A DNA stretch of 64,000 bases from the NCBI GenBank assembly GCA_965198235.1, contig OZ240248.1:1248001-1312000 (forward strand). Reading direction: 5' to 3'. The stretch is from Candidatus Poribacteria bacterium. GTDB lineage: Bacteria; Poribacteria; WGA-4E; WGA-3G. This document shows, piece by piece, positions 12,206-23,298 of the stretch. Made by a program: the position numbers and the translations under genes. The stretch's first letter is position 1. Each line of letters opens with the position of its first letter. Below the pieces are notes generated by a model. That model worked only from the letters and a program-made list of their open reading frames with translations. It searched no databases and was not told the DNA's origin.

Positions 12206-12619
12206 ATGCTTAAAACACTTATTCGCAGAGAACTCCTTGACAATCTAAGGACCTTCCGTTTCGCAGCGGTACTGCTCATCACGCTGTTGCTCGTTGTTGC
12301 AAACGCGGTGGTGCTTATTCAAGATTATGAACAACGTTTGGAGAGTTACAATAATGCTGTCAAAATGCATTATGCCCGTGAATACCGCGAATTCGTTATT
12401 GATACGGATAGGGCAGATCCAGAGAGTCTCCATGTCGTTGGGATTCGTGAAGGTATGTCGCAGAAAAGCGTCAGCCCGGAGGCGATCCCCAAATTTAAAG
12501 ATACGCTCAGCCTCAACCGTGATTTCAACACCGCGGCGACGGATTTACTGTTGTTGGTGCTGTTTCTGGCAGTCCTTGTATCAGGCATGTATCTCGCGTT
12601 CGTGCGTCTTGAGATTTGA
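12206..12619 (+). pseudogene. In-frame chimera: N-terminus of a type A permease fused to the C-terminus of a type B permease
   Basis: Residues up to NAVKMH match type A; from YAREYREFVIDTDRADPESLH onward they match type B; junction at 12370/12371. Confidence 0.8.
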
Positions 12620-12737
12620 ATGGGTGATAGGGAAACTAAATGATGCTGCTTAGAAATCTGAATCGCTTGCTTTTTCAAAATTTTTCGTGTATACTTTAGA
12701 ATAAGTAAACTTGAAACTTACCAATGAGGTAACAGCA

Positions 12738-13031
12738 ATGAACGACTACACAGGCATTATTACCGTTGAACCGGGCAAACGCAGCGGGCAACCGTGCATT
12801 CGGGGCATGCGGATCACCGTTTACGATATCTTTGAATATCTTGCATCCGGTATGACAGTGGCGGAAATTCTTGATGATTTTCCCTATTTAACTGAAACGG
12901 ATATTCGCGCCTGTTTTGCGTATGCCGCCGACTGGAAAAAATCACAGATGGTTGTTTACACGAATGAAACTCCTATTCGATCAGAACCTATCGCCGAATC
13001 TTGTGAGTCTGCTGGCGGATCTGTTTCCTAA
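12738..13031 (+). CDS. DUF433 family antitoxin
   Basis: PGKRSGQPCIRGMRITVYDI...GMT..EIL.DFPYL...DIRA motif; GAGG RBS before ATG 12738. Confidence 0.85.
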   Translation: MNDYTGIITVEPGKRSGQPCIRGMRITVYDIFEYLASGMTVAEILDDFPYLTETDIRACFAYAADWKKSQMVVYTNETPIRSEPIAESCESAGGSVS

Positions 13032-13040
13032 TTCCACAAA
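12964..13040 (+). pseudogene. Truncated DUF5615 (PIN-like) toxin
   Basis: MKLLFDQNLSPNLV..LADLFPNS is the typical N-terminus; similarity stops after about 25 codons. Confidence 0.7.
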
Positions 13041-13165
13041 CCGGCTAAAGACTCTTCTTTCATGCTTCTGTTCTTCCATTTTTCCATCTTTTTATCAAAC
13101 CGCATTTAAAGGCAACGGTTCACCACCGAGAGTTCGTAATTGATACCGATAGAGCAGATCCGATT

Positions 13166-14659
13166 TCAACCCATCACCTGCCAAATTGGCTCCGCGCCCT
13201 CAACACCGACGAGTTTCTGATCTAAACCGCCGTGGAAGTAAGTGAGTCGATTCGGGTCAATCCCGAGTTGATGAAGGATTGTTGCATGCAGATGCTTGAC
13301 ATGAAACGGATCCGTGACCGCCGCGCTACCGAGTTCATCGGTCTCACCAACGCTCATACCGCCTTTGATCCCGCCGCCCGCTATCCACATTGTGAAGCCG
13401 TAGGAGTTGTGGTCACGCCCTGTGCCTTTGGCGTACTCTGCTGTCGGCTGACGACCAAATTCACCGCCCCAGACAACGAGTGTTTCATCGAGTAGCCCGC
13501 GTTGTTTGAGATCTTTAAGCAACCCGGCAATCGGTTTATCAGTCGCCTTGGCATGCTTGTTGTGGTTTTTCTCAATGCCGTCGTGTGCGTCCCAATTGTC
13601 GTCATTATGTGCGCCGCCAGAGTAGAGCTGAATGAACCTAACACCCCGTTCAACCAACCGTCTCGCCAAAAGGCATTTCGTGCCAAACTCCTCCGTCTCC
13701 TTTTCATTGACCCCATAAAGTGCTTTAATGTGCTCCGGCTCGCTATCCAAATCTACTGCTTCCGGCGCCGTAGACTGCATCTTGTAGGCTAACTCATAAC
13801 TCGAAATTCGAGCTGAGAGATCGGTGTTGTCGGTGCGTTTGGAGAGATGGGTCGCATTGAATTGGCGCAGATAATCGAGTAGCCTGCGCTGTTCGCTTCG
13901 GTTCATGTCGTTCGTATGCTCCAAATCGAGAATCGGTGCACCTTCCGAACGGAAAACCGTACCTTGATAAACGGCGGGCATATACCCGCTACTCCAGTTC
14001 TTCGCGCCGCTGATGGGACCACCTGTCCGGTCAAGCATCACAACGTATCCCGGAAGATTTTCGTTCTCACTGCCGAGTCCATAATTCACCCAAGATCCGA
14101 GCGACGGATGACCACTCAACACGCGACCTGCGTTCATCATCAGCATCGCGGAACCGTGCAACGGTGAGTCTGCAGTCATTGACTTAATAAAGGCGATGTC
14201 ATCAACGCAGGTTGCGAGGTGTGGGAAAAGCCCTGAGACCCACTGTCCTGATTCGCCGTACTGGTTAAAATCCCACTTAGGACCAACGATACGTCCCTCT
14301 GATCTCTCACCACCGCGTCCTTTCGTTTTGACTTGAACGGTCTTGTCGTTGAGTTTGTACAAAATCGGTTTGTAGTCGAAAGTATCAACATGGCTTGGAC
14401 CGCCATACATGAACAGGAAAATCACGCGCTTCGCCTTCGGTGTGAAGTGCGACGGTTTAGGCGTGAGAGGATTAAGATACGGTGTCACGCCATCTGCAGC
14501 GACGGCTTGTGAATCGAGAAACCCGTCTGTGGATAGAAGTCCTGTCAACGCAAGCGATGCGAAACCGCCAGCAATGTTGCCGATAAATTCTCTGCGTGTC
14601 TGACCACAAAAGGCACCTTTTGAATTTGTATCTCTCTTGGTCTTAGATTGACTGTTCAT
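13166..14659 (-). CDS. DUF1501 domain protein with twin-arginine signal
   Basis: TRREF Tat motif, AKRVIFLFMYGGPSHVDTFD, LARRLVERGVRF, WD-x-H, GEFGR-x-P, GRDH. Confidence 0.9.
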   Translation of the reverse strand: MNSQSKTKRDTNSKGAFCGQTRREFIGNIAGGFASLALTGLLSTDGFLDSQAVAADGVTPYLNPLTPKPSHFTPKAKRVIFLFMYGGPSHVDTFDYKPILYKLNDKTVQVKTKGRGGERSEGRIVGPKWDFNQYGESGQWVSGLFPHLATCVDDIAFIKSMTADSPLHGSAMLMMNAGRVLSGHPSLGSWVNYGLGSENENLPGYVVMLDRTGGPISGAKNWSSGYMPAVYQGTVFRSEGAPILDLEHTNDMNRSEQRRLLDYLRQFNATHLSKRTDNTDLSARISSYELAYKMQSTAPEAVDLDSEPEHIKALYGVNEKETEEFGTKCLLARRLVERGVRFIQLYSGGAHNDDNWDAHDGIEKNHNKHAKATDKPIAGLLKDLKQRGLLDETLVVWGGEFGRQPTAEYAKGTGRDHNSYGFTMWIAGGGIKGGMSVGETDELGSAAVTDPFHVKHLHATILHQLGIDPNRLTYFHGGLDQKLVGVEGAEPIWQVMG

Positions 14660-14713
14660 CGCCTCATCTCCAATGTTAGCGTCCCTGCTTCGCAGCAGCG
14701 AAAACAGGTCGTC

Positions 14714-17611
14714 TTAATCCAAAAAGATAAATTCATTTAAATTCAATGCCAATAACGCAAATCGGTCGAGTGCTACTTCTGAATTCACGCCCTCGTGCTG
14801 CTGAAGTTCTTGCATGAAGGTCAACGCTTGTTGAATCTCTGTTGGCTCCGGTTCACGACACAATACAAGCCGCAGCCCAAATCGCACACGATCTTCGACC
14901 GACACACCACCTTCCCACCGCATCCTGTTGGCGAAAGCGAGTGCTTGATCGTTGATAAATTTCCCGTTGAGCATAGTCAGCGATTGTGTCGGCACCGTTG
15001 TCGAAAAACGGACCGGACATGTCGAATCGGTGTTCGCTTGGTCGAATTGGTTCAGAATAGGGACGAGCAACGAACGCTTGACCTTCACATAAACACTGCG
15101 ACGGTTTGCCTCATCCGGCGGTGATTGTCCCCAAACACTCCTTGGTCTTGAGGACGTTGCCAACACCTCTTTCGGTAGTTCAGGAAAAACACTCGGCCCT
15201 CCCATTTTGAGGTTCAGTTTCCCAGTGATCCAGAGTACTGTATCCCGAATCTCTTCTGCAGTCAAGCGACGCATGTCGAATCGCCAAAAGAGATCATTGT
15301 TCGCGTCCTGTTCAACGCATCTCGGATTGCTCTGTGCCGACATCCGATATGCATTCGAGGTCATTATCAACTTGTGCATTGCCTTTAACCGCCAGCCAGA
15401 CGCAATGAATTCAGACGCGAGCCAGTCGAGAAGCTCTGGATGTGTCGGGCGTGTACCGAGCTGTCCGAAATCGTTGGTTGATCGGACAATCCCACGTCCG
15501 AAGTGGTGTTGCCAGATGCGATTGACCATCACCCGGGCTGTCAGTGGGTTCTCAGCACTCGCCACCCATTTCGCGAAGATACGCCGTTTTCCAGATAATT
15601 TTGCCTCCTTTGGAATAGGCGGCACGTCTACAACAGGAAGGTTCAACACCGCAGGAAATGCCGGTTTAACCTCACGTCCGACGAGGTGCGGATTGCCACG
15701 TCGTAAGATGTGCGTCGGTGTCTGCTTGCTCTCTGAAACCGCTAAAACCTGATGATCGTAAGGCACACGCTGTCGCCGCCGCTGATCCCGCTGTTTTTTT
15801 AACTCCTTCTGTTCATCGACTAACGCCTTCAGCGATTCGTTCGTTTCAATAAGTGCTGCGTGTGTTTTGAGCAACTCGCCAAAATTGACTGTAGTGTTTG
15901 TTGAGAGTGGCTGTTTCTCAAAACTCGCTCCAGACCACCAAACCTCCAGATGCGGGTTATCTAAATCTTTATTGAAATACTCAAGACGAATCGGCACATC
16001 ACCACGCATGAGTGCAATTTCCACGTCTCGCTCACCGATCAATTCAGCGACCTTATAACTATTGAGAATCAGTCTACAGGTGCCGTGCAGATTAATATGT
16101 AACGTATAAGTCGCATCTTCTGGTACCCGTAACGTTCCTTCAAAAACCAAGCCGATGTCTTTCTTTCTGCTGGCAGGTGCAAGTGAGAATAGGTTGCTAA
16201 ACAATCTACCTTCGGCAGTAGGTTCAAGGAGATCAAAATCATCAGGAAACTGCTCAAAGGTGCCGCGATAGAAGCGATATGTCAGATCACGCATCGGGGA
16301 CACTGGAGCATCAGGCACTATCTCCTCTGAAATATTTTTAGCAAGTTCGATTTTGATGATTTCTTGTATCTCAAAGAGTTTATTCTGTGCTTCTTGTTCG
16401 GCGAGTCGCTTTTCAGCGAGTTGCTTATCACGTACTGCCTGCTGTTCAGGGGTACCGATGTCGGCAAGCGGTCCGCGGTTGTTAGGCGTGATGTCATGGA
16501 AAAACGCGAGCAGACTATAATAATCCCGAGTCGAAATCGGATCGATTTTATGGTCGTGGCATCGGGCGCAACCGATTGTCATACCGAGCATCACCTGCCC
16601 TGTTGTCGAAACAATATCATCAAGATAGTCGTACCGCGCGAGTTTCCGATCGGCAGGTCCATCGTCCCAAACACCGAGTCGGTGATACCCGGTCGCAATG
16701 AGGGTCTCTGTAGTTACAGCATCCAGTTCATCCCCCGCCAGTTGCTCCTTGATGAATTGATCATACGGCTTGTCTTTATTGAAAGCGTTAATGACGTAAT
16801 CGCGGTATCGCCAGACATAGGGCTTGTCTGAATCGCTTTCATAGCCGTTTGTCTCGGCATAACGGACAAGGTCGAGCCAGTGCCGTCCCCACTTCTCACC
16901 ATACCGTGGAGACTTCAGGAGTTTATCGATTAATTTTTCATAAGCGTCGGGTGCTGTATCGTTCAAGAACGCCTCCACCGCTTCAGGTGAAGGTGGTAAT
17001 CCTGTGAGGTCGTAGTATACCCGACGAATCAGTGTCAGTTTGCTGGCGGGTACGGCTGGCATTAAACCGTGTGCCTCCAGTTTTGCGAGAATAAACGCGT
17101 CGATCGGGTTACTGACCCAATCCGATGCGTTTACCGACGGCACTTGCAGTCGTTTTAGCGGACGATATGCCCAATAATCTGATCCTGTTTTAGAAATCGG
17201 TTGCACGTCGGTATCTTGAACGGGATAGGGGAGTCCTATGTTAATCCATTTCGCTAAAATCTCAAGAGCAGCAGCATCTAACCTACCGTCCGGTGGCATT
17301 TGTGCAGTCTCTTGACCGTACCCGACCATCTGCAGCAAGAAACTGTCAGCGGGGTTTTCTAACGACACCGCAACTCCATAATCCCCACCTTTGAGGATCT
17401 TTTCCCGACTCGTCAATTGGAGTCCACCCTCCACTTCAGCCCCCTCGCCGTGGCATTGGAAACAGTTTTGTTCGAGGACGGGTTTCACTTGAGAATTGAA
17501 GAATTCAACCTTTTCTGCATCACTCAGATTATTCGCGTAACCGATATTGAGAAAAGTCAGCGCGCACAGAAAGGCTATGGCAAGAAAACGGGAACGATGA
17601 GGATGTTGCAT
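14714..17611 (-). CDS. Planctomycete-type cytochrome c / DUF1549 (PSCyt2) / PA14 / DUF1553 (PSD1) protein
   Basis: CFQCH and CARCH heme motifs, [45 protein letters not shown]; internal PA14-like segment. Confidence 0.9.
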   Translation of the reverse strand: MQHPHRSRFLAIAFLCALTFLNIGYANNLSDAEKVEFFNSQVKPVLEQNCFQCHGEGAEVEGGLQLTSREKILKGGDYGVAVSLENPADSFLLQMVGYGQETAQMPPDGRLDAAALEILAKWINIGLPYPVQDTDVQPISKTGSDYWAYRPLKRLQVPSVNASDWVSNPIDAFILAKLEAHGLMPAVPASKLTLIRRVYYDLTGLPPSPEAVEAFLNDTAPDAYEKLIDKLLKSPRYGEKWGRHWLDLVRYAETNGYESDSDKPYVWRYRDYVINAFNKDKPYDQFIKEQLAGDELDAVTTETLIATGYHRLGVWDDGPADRKLARYDYLDDIVSTTGQVMLGMTIGCARCHDHKIDPISTRDYYSLLAFFHDITPNNRGPLADIGTPEQQAVRDKQLAEKRLAEQEAQNKLFEIQEIIKIELAKNISEEIVPDAPVSPMRDLTYRFYRGTFEQFPDDFDLLEPTAEGRLFSNLFSLAPASRKKDIGLVFEGTLRVPEDATYTLHINLHGTCRLILNSYKVAELIGERDVEIALMRGDVPIRLEYFNKDLDNPHLEVWWSGASFEKQPLSTNTTVNFGELLKTHAALIETNESLKALVDEQKELKKQRDQRRRQRVPYDHQVLAVSESKQTPTHILRRGNPHLVGREVKPAFPAVLNLPVVDVPPIPKEAKLSGKRRIFAKWVASAENPLTARVMVNRIWQHHFGRGIVRSTNDFGQLGTRPTHPELLDWLASEFIASGWRLKAMHKLIMTSNAYRMSAQSNPRCVEQDANNDLFWRFDMRRLTAEEIRDTVLWITGKLNLKMGGPSVFPELPKEVLATSSRPRSVWGQSPPDEANRRSVYVKVKRSLLVPILNQFDQANTDSTCPVRFSTTVPTQSLTMLNGKFINDQALAFANRMRWEGGVSVEDRVRFGLRLVLCREPEPTEIQQALTFMQELQQHEGVNSEVALDRFALLALNLNEFIFLD

Positions 17612-17792
17612 AGTCGCCTCCGTTCAAAAGTGACACTTCGGAACGCTTTAAGCGGGTGAAAGACCTTTTGAACCACGATACATTGCCATCAATTCTAAAG
17701 AAATCGATTGTCTATTTGACGTGAATTCGACTTAAGGGTTTAGTGGGATGTTGGGTTTCACTTGCGTTCAACCAACCTACGTCTCCATTACC

Positions 17793-19349
17793 CTACGACG
17801 ATGCTTCTGACTCTCCTGTTTCCGCTGGTACGACAGAAATCCGCGCCAGAAAAGCGTTGGTGCTTCCCTTCTTACAGAACCAATTACCCGTCGCGCCTAA
17901 CTTAAACCGTTGTCCGCGTTCAAACTGGTGAAGGATTTGTCCTGTGTCGCCGGGCGAAATATCCCATACGGAAGCCAGTGCTTCGTCTGGAAACCCTTCT
18001 GTCGGTAGTTCAGCATCGCCAGCAAACAGGTCAAACGAACCCGTCGCCTCACCCGCACCTACCTGTATATTAAGGATCAGGGTTCCGCCTTGCTCAAAAG
18101 ATGTGGTATCAATCTCGACAGTTGTATAATCCTGATAACCGTCTCCGGGTCCACGAAAAACGTTCAAAACCTCCATCACCTCTTGCGGCGAACTGAGGTC
18201 TAATTCTGACACCGATTTCTCTTTGTTCTCGTTGGCGGGGTTTGTAACCTCGCCTTTCGCAACGTCCGCTAACAGTGTTAAATATCTTTGTGCCGGATTG
18301 CGGCCCGGGAGTTGGTTTTCTGGTTGGTGCATTATAATCTCACCTTCAGGATTCAGCACCTGAATATCCACCGCACCGACGTAATGATCTTTGAGTGTTT
18401 TGGCGAAAACACTGACGCTGTCCTCGTCTGGATCGTCTACCAATTCTGCCAAATCGCGAAAGAGCACCCAAGTATTCACAAAATTCTCGTTGAGGGTTTT
18501 GATGATTTCTGATTTCGAGAGCGGACCCGCTCTCAAGTTCTTACCGTTCGCTCAGCAAGATTCATCGTCTAAGGGACCCCAGGAGAGGACTGCATGGAGC
18601 GGACGCTGCGTCGCCTCCGCTTTTTCGACTGCTTCCTCGAGCGGCAGCCAGTTAATTTCAGCGGATTTGTAGAACTTCAATTCCAATCTTCTGCGTGCCC
18701 CTTCGGATGTGATAGCACTTTCCCACGCAATGCCGTCCCGGGCTTCTGTCGAGGTGGCATGGAGTTTCATACGTGGTACGAAGACCATATCAGCATACCC
18801 AAAGTCATTGATGTCTACATTGCTATTGCGTGGCGGAAGTGTGAGGGAAAAGTCACAAATAACACCGGTCTTCAAGTTGATTAGCAACTGTCCGGCATAT
18901 TGCGATGGAATAAATCGGGCTCTTTGCACATGATCCTCATCGGCATCGGGTTCCGATCCCGGTTTAGGGCGGATCGCCAAAGTAAACTCCGCATGAATTC
19001 GGAACGTGATGTCGGCATAATCCGGTGAAAGTGCGCGTAAGCAGGCGAAAGCCCCCTTCTGCCCGTGACGTAACTCGCCTGTAGCGCCCGGGTGAAACTG
19101 CGAAAGAAACGGGATAACGCTATCCAGATCCAGTTCCCAAACATCTCCAACTGCTACAGTTGACGCGGGGAGAAAAGCGTTGAAAGCCTGTCCGTTATAT
19201 TCTCTAATAGGTTCGTTTGGCGATAGATCAAAGAGTTGAATGTTTTCTGGTTCTTTGTGTAGATTGTGAGTCGCATCGGAGATTGGATCCCAATGCGCAT
19301 GGACTTGTAAAGGTGCTGAATTCTTCAGGACATTGTTCATATCTATCAC
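17793..19349 (-). CDS. Selenoprotein N (SELENON)-like selenoprotein; UGA at 18554-18552 read as Sec
   Basis: ORFs 18552-19397 and 17793-18536 are in one frame, separated only by TGA plus 5 sense codons: WGPLDDESC-U-ANGKNLRAGPL. SECIS-like hairpin follows. Start GTG 19349 (7 nt after GGAGG) or ATG 19340. Confidence 0.85.
18515..18536 (-). promoter_or_regulatory. Bacterial SECIS-like hairpin
   Basis: mRNA UUGAGAGCG-GGUC-CGCUCUCGA, starting 15 nt after the UGA; G-starting apical loop 24 nt from the UGA. Confidence 0.75.
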
Positions 19350-19454
19350 TGGTTTTCCTCCATTGCATAACTTGCTTATAAACGTTCTCGGATGCACTTT
19401 TTACCGATGTTCAGATCTTTTGTGGGAGGGGTTTGTAACCCCGACTCTTTATGT

Positions 19455-19577
19455 AAGTCCTAATCTACAATTACTTGGACATTGTGGATGGGCGGAGGAA
19501 CACCCAAGCAAAACACCCCGCCAGCGATGGAACGGATTGTTTCGTAAAGGGTCAATATATTTTTGGACTTTACTGTA
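19455..19577. repeat. Degenerate copy of the MITE-like element at 5129-5645
   Basis: AATCTACAATTACTTGGACATTG and ATATATTTTTGGACTTTACTGTA resemble the two end types; internal CACCCAAGCAAAA motif also occurs inverted near 800. Confidence 0.45.
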
Positions 19578-19593
19578 AATTGTTAAGTCGCGC

Positions 19594-20496
19594 CTATGGC
19601 AACGGTTCGCCTTCGTTGGCAGTCAGTTCTGCGTAAAGTTCCTGTAGTCGGGTGGTCACGGGACGTATCCCCTCGTCTCCAATTTTCCTGCCATCAACCT
19701 CTAAGACCGGGCTCAACTCACCCACGGTGCCGGTCGTGAAGACTTCGTCTGCGGTGTAGACCTCAGTCAACGAAACGTTCCGTTCCGTCAGCGGGATACC
19801 CGCCTCGCGAGCGATCCGAATAACCGTGCCTCGTGTAATCCCCGGTAGGCAGCTATCGGCGTGTGGTGTCAGTACCTCCCCACGCTTTATGAGAAAGATG
19901 TTCGTCGCGTTCGTTTCTGAAACGTAACCGAAGATGTCGAGCATAATCGCATCGTCCACACCAGCGACATTCGCCTCAATCTTGGCGAGGATGTTGTTGA
20001 TCAGGTTGTTGTGGTGGATCTTAGAATCAACACATTGTGGCGGATTCCGTCGAATCGCTGAGGTGATTAAACGGATACCGCTGCTGGCATAGATGGGTGG
20101 CTTCCACTCCGCGATCGCAATTAAGGTGGTGCCATACTGATTGACGCGTGCGTCCATACTGGAGGTAACCTTTTTCCCGCGACTGAGCGTTAGACGAATG
20201 TGAACACCGTCTCGCATGCCGTTAGCGTGGAGCGTCTCAAAAATCGCTTTTTTCACCTCATCGCGCATCGGAATACTTGCGAATGCCATGGCGTGCGCTG
20301 AATCTATGAGTCGATCCAGGTGTGCATCCAGGGCAAAAATTTTTCCGTTATAGACGCGCAAGCCTTCCCATACGCCATCTCCACCTTGGACGAGGCTGTC
20401 GAACACGGAGATCTTCGCGTCTTCGCGGGGCAGCAATTCGCCGTTGACGTGGATTAATATGTTTTCATTTCTTGAATCAGGTAATTTAGGTTCCAT
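19594..20496 (-). CDS. Class IV PLP aminotransferase (branched-chain amino acid aminotransferase-like)
   Basis: GDGVWEGLR, H-L-D-R-L, catalytic K in SKIHHNN, ETNATNIF, LPGITR, ADEVFTTGT. Confidence 0.9.
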   Translation of the reverse strand: MEPKLPDSRNENILIHVNGELLPREDAKISVFDSLVQGGDGVWEGLRVYNGKIFALDAHLDRLIDSAHAMAFASIPMRDEVKKAIFETLHANGMRDGVHIRLTLSRGKKVTSSMDARVNQYGTTLIAIAEWKPPIYASSGIRLITSAIRRNPPQCVDSKIHHNNLINNILAKIEANVAGVDDAIMLDIFGYVSETNATNIFLIKRGEVLTPHADSCLPGITRGTVIRIAREAGIPLTERNVSLTEVYTADEVFTTGTVGELSPVLEVDGRKIGDEGIRPVTTRLQELYAELTANEGEPLP

Positions 20497-20687
20497 ATCT
20501 CCTCCATTTTAATAGTTATCAGTTATCGGTTTGCCTCGCATTGTCCCGCAAGCCTCTATAGGCTTGCGCAGAGTTGTCAATCAGAGGACTCTGATAACAA
20601 GTCACTTGGCTTGGGTTTTCAGGAGGGGTAAGTTTTTACAGAACACCTCTTAACTGATAACTGACTGCTGACAGCCGATAGCCACTC

Positions 20688-21467
20688 CTACCATGTATCT
20701 CGAACGCTCACACCTTCCTCCGCCAGATAGGTTTTGATGTTTTCAATCGTAAATTCGCCGTAGTGTGTGATAGAAGCGACAATAGCGGCATCGGCGTTGC
20801 TTTCAACAAAAACGTCCCGTAGGTGTTGTGGGTTCCCTGCACCACCAGAGGCGATGACCGGCACCGGCACCAGATCAGCGATAGCACCCGTCAATTCGAG
20901 TTCATACCCGGCTTTCGTGCCATCTGCATCGATGCTATTGACGACGATTTCGCCCGCGCCCAAGTCAACTCCACGCGATGACCATTCCAGTGCATCCCAA
21001 CCGACTGGTGTTCTCCCACCGTCTATGAAAATTTCATAGCCACTTGGGATCTGTTCGCTTTTCGGGACCCGCTTCACTTGCATGCTCAGCACGACGCACT
21101 GACTACCGAACGCCCGCGCGCCCTCCGCAATGAGTTCAGGATTCCGCACGGCACCGGAGTCTATGCTTACTTTTTCTGCACCTGCAAGTAGCACACGGCG
21201 CATATCCTCAAGTGTACGCAACCCACCGCCGACAGAAAACGGGATAAAGATTTCAGCGGCGACAGCGGAAACGACATCAATCATTATATCGCGTCGTTCG
21301 TTGCTCGCTGTGATGTCGTAAAAGACGAGTTCATCGGCACCGCCTTCATAATAGAATCGTGCCATCTCAACCGGGTCACCCACATCGACATTGCCCTTGA
21401 AAGCGATGCCTTTGGTAACCTTCCCCGCTCGTACATCTAAACATGGAATTATCCGTTTCGTTAACAT
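20688..21467 (-). CDS. hisF: Imidazole glycerol phosphate synthase cyclase subunit
   Basis: [28 protein letters not shown]-x-DGT-x-x-[11 protein letters not shown]. Confidence 0.97.
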   Translation of the reverse strand: MLTKRIIPCLDVRAGKVTKGIAFKGNVDVGDPVEMARFYYEGGADELVFYDITASNERRDIMIDVVSAVAAEIFIPFSVGGGLRTLEDMRRVLLAGAEKVSIDSGAVRNPELIAEGARAFGSQCVVLSMQVKRVPKSEQIPSGYEIFIDGGRTPVGWDALEWSSRGVDLGAGEIVVNSIDADGTKAGYELELTGAIADLVPVPVIASGGAGNPQHLRDVFVESNADAAIVASITHYGEFTIENIKTYLAEEGVSVRDTW

Positions 21468-21657
21468 TTTTTAATTATATATCCTGGACGGCGTTTCGTT
21501 GTCAACGCCGATTTAAAATTGTTAAAAATCCTGCTTTAGACTTGAAATGGTTTTTTAACAATTGGAGGACTGCCCTTTGACCATCAACTCGCCTCCGTTA
21601 TAAATGTTAAGGCACGAGTTGATGGTCAAGACGGAAGGGCAGCTCAGATTCAATAGT

Positions 21658-23298
21658 TTAAAAAAGTCGCTGTTTGAATATATTCAGAATATCGTCAAAT
21701 TCCGAGACCTTCAAAAGTTTATACATTCCCGCGAGTATCAGCAGACTCAATCCGATGGGTGCAAACACCCCGATAATGCGTGGAATAATACCTTCCGTAC
21801 CGAGCCAATCCTTCTCAATGACCCCATTTGTCAGCCAGCAGACGAATCCCATCACCGCTGAAGCGATTAAAATCTTGAGCGTCAACGTGATAAGTGATTG
21901 AAGTCCCAATCGTCCAACCTTCCGGCGGAGCAGTAACAGTAAAGCGGCACAATTTAGTGTTACAGTCAAAACCGTTGAGAATACCACAGCGCGCGGGTCC
22001 AAAAAAAATCCGCGATAGATAAACAGGTAGTTGAGGCAAATATTGAGCACAACGGCACAAATGCCAACGATAACGGGCGCGCGAATATCTTTGTAGGCAT
22101 AGAACCCATCTGTAACAATCTTGACGGTTGAAAACCCGCATAAACCGAAGGCATAGACGAATAAGATCCCTGCTGTTTCGATTGTGTCTTCTTCGAGAGT
22201 TACACCCCATTCGTAAAGCAAACGGCAGATCGGTTCTGACAGCACCATGAGCCCAATTCCAGCCGGAATTGTCAAGGCAAACATTAAGCGAAGGGCATAA
22301 GAAAGCGCGTTGCGGAAATTCTCTGTGTCCCCTGCTGTTACAAGCCTCGCGAGTTGCGGCAGTGCCACCGTTGAAATCGCAACGCCGAATATCCCGATAG
22401 GGAGATGCATGATGCGATACGCCCTACTGATCCAAGTCAACCATCCAGAATCTGAGGTAATAAAGAATGTGTTCGTAAGTAGATTCACCTGCACAGCCGC
22501 GACCCCTAATACAGCGGGTCCGATGAGATGAACAACTTGGAGTACTCTCGGATCTCGCAGACTCAGCAGCGGACGATACTGAAAGCCGACCCGGTACATA
22601 GACGGCACCTGAATTAGGAATTGGACAATACCGCCGACAATTACACCAATAGCCATGCCTGTTACTGGGTGAATTTCTACCAGTGGACACAAATAGTAGC
22701 CGCCTATTCCGATAGCGAGAGAGCTCACGTTAAAGAAGGTGGACGCGCAGGCGGGGATACCAAACCGGCCCTTGCTATTCAATAATCCCATAGCAATTGC
22801 CGCAAATGACACAAAGAGTAGATACGGGAACATCAATTGCGTGAGATAAATTGCCAGTTCAATCTTGCTATCAAATCCAAAATGTTCGATGGTATCTAAA
22901 TTTCTGTCAAAGTTGTCTCGTGCCAACACATCGACAACATCGGGGGCGAAAATGATACCGAGTGCTGTGATACCGATTAAAACGAGGAATGTTAGATTAA
23001 AGATGCGGTTCGTAAGATTCCACGCCGCTTCTTCGCCATCTTCAGCTTCTGTCGAGAGGAATGTGGTAATAAATGCCTTGCTCAAGATGCCTTCGCCGAA
23101 CAAATCGCGTAGAAAGTTCGGGATACGGAAGGCAAGGTAGAAGGTGTCCGCGCTGACTTTTGAAGGGAAGTAATAACCTATTGCCGTTTCGCGGGCAAGA
23201 CCCAATACCCGAGAGACCATCACAGCAATGCTGACAACTCCGGCTGCACGGGTGACCTTTTGATTATCTTGCTCTGTGGATTTCGTTTCGTTTTCCAT
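21658..23298 (-). CDS. murJ: Lipid II flippase MurJ (MviN)
   Basis: SRVLGLARE, AFRIPNFLRDLFGEG, LPIGIFGVAISTVALP; ATG 23298 preferred start. Confidence 0.95.
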   Translation of the reverse strand: MENETKSTEQDNQKVTRAAGVVSIAVMVSRVLGLARETAIGYYFPSKVSADTFYLAFRIPNFLRDLFGEGILSKAFITTFLSTEAEDGEEAAWNLTNRIFNLTFLVLIGITALGIIFAPDVVDVLARDNFDRNLDTIEHFGFDSKIELAIYLTQLMFPYLLFVSFAAIAMGLLNSKGRFGIPACASTFFNVSSLAIGIGGYYLCPLVEIHPVTGMAIGVIVGGIVQFLIQVPSMYRVGFQYRPLLSLRDPRVLQVVHLIGPAVLGVAAVQVNLLTNTFFITSDSGWLTWISRAYRIMHLPIGIFGVAISTVALPQLARLVTAGDTENFRNALSYALRLMFALTIPAGIGLMVLSEPICRLLYEWGVTLEEDTIETAGILFVYAFGLCGFSTVKIVTDGFYAYKDIRAPVIVGICAVVLNICLNYLFIYRGFFLDPRAVVFSTVLTVTLNCAALLLLLRRKVGRLGLQSLITLTLKILIASAVMGFVCWLTNGVIEKDWLGTEGIIPRIIGVFAPIGLSLLILAGMYKLLKVSEFDDILNIFKQRLF

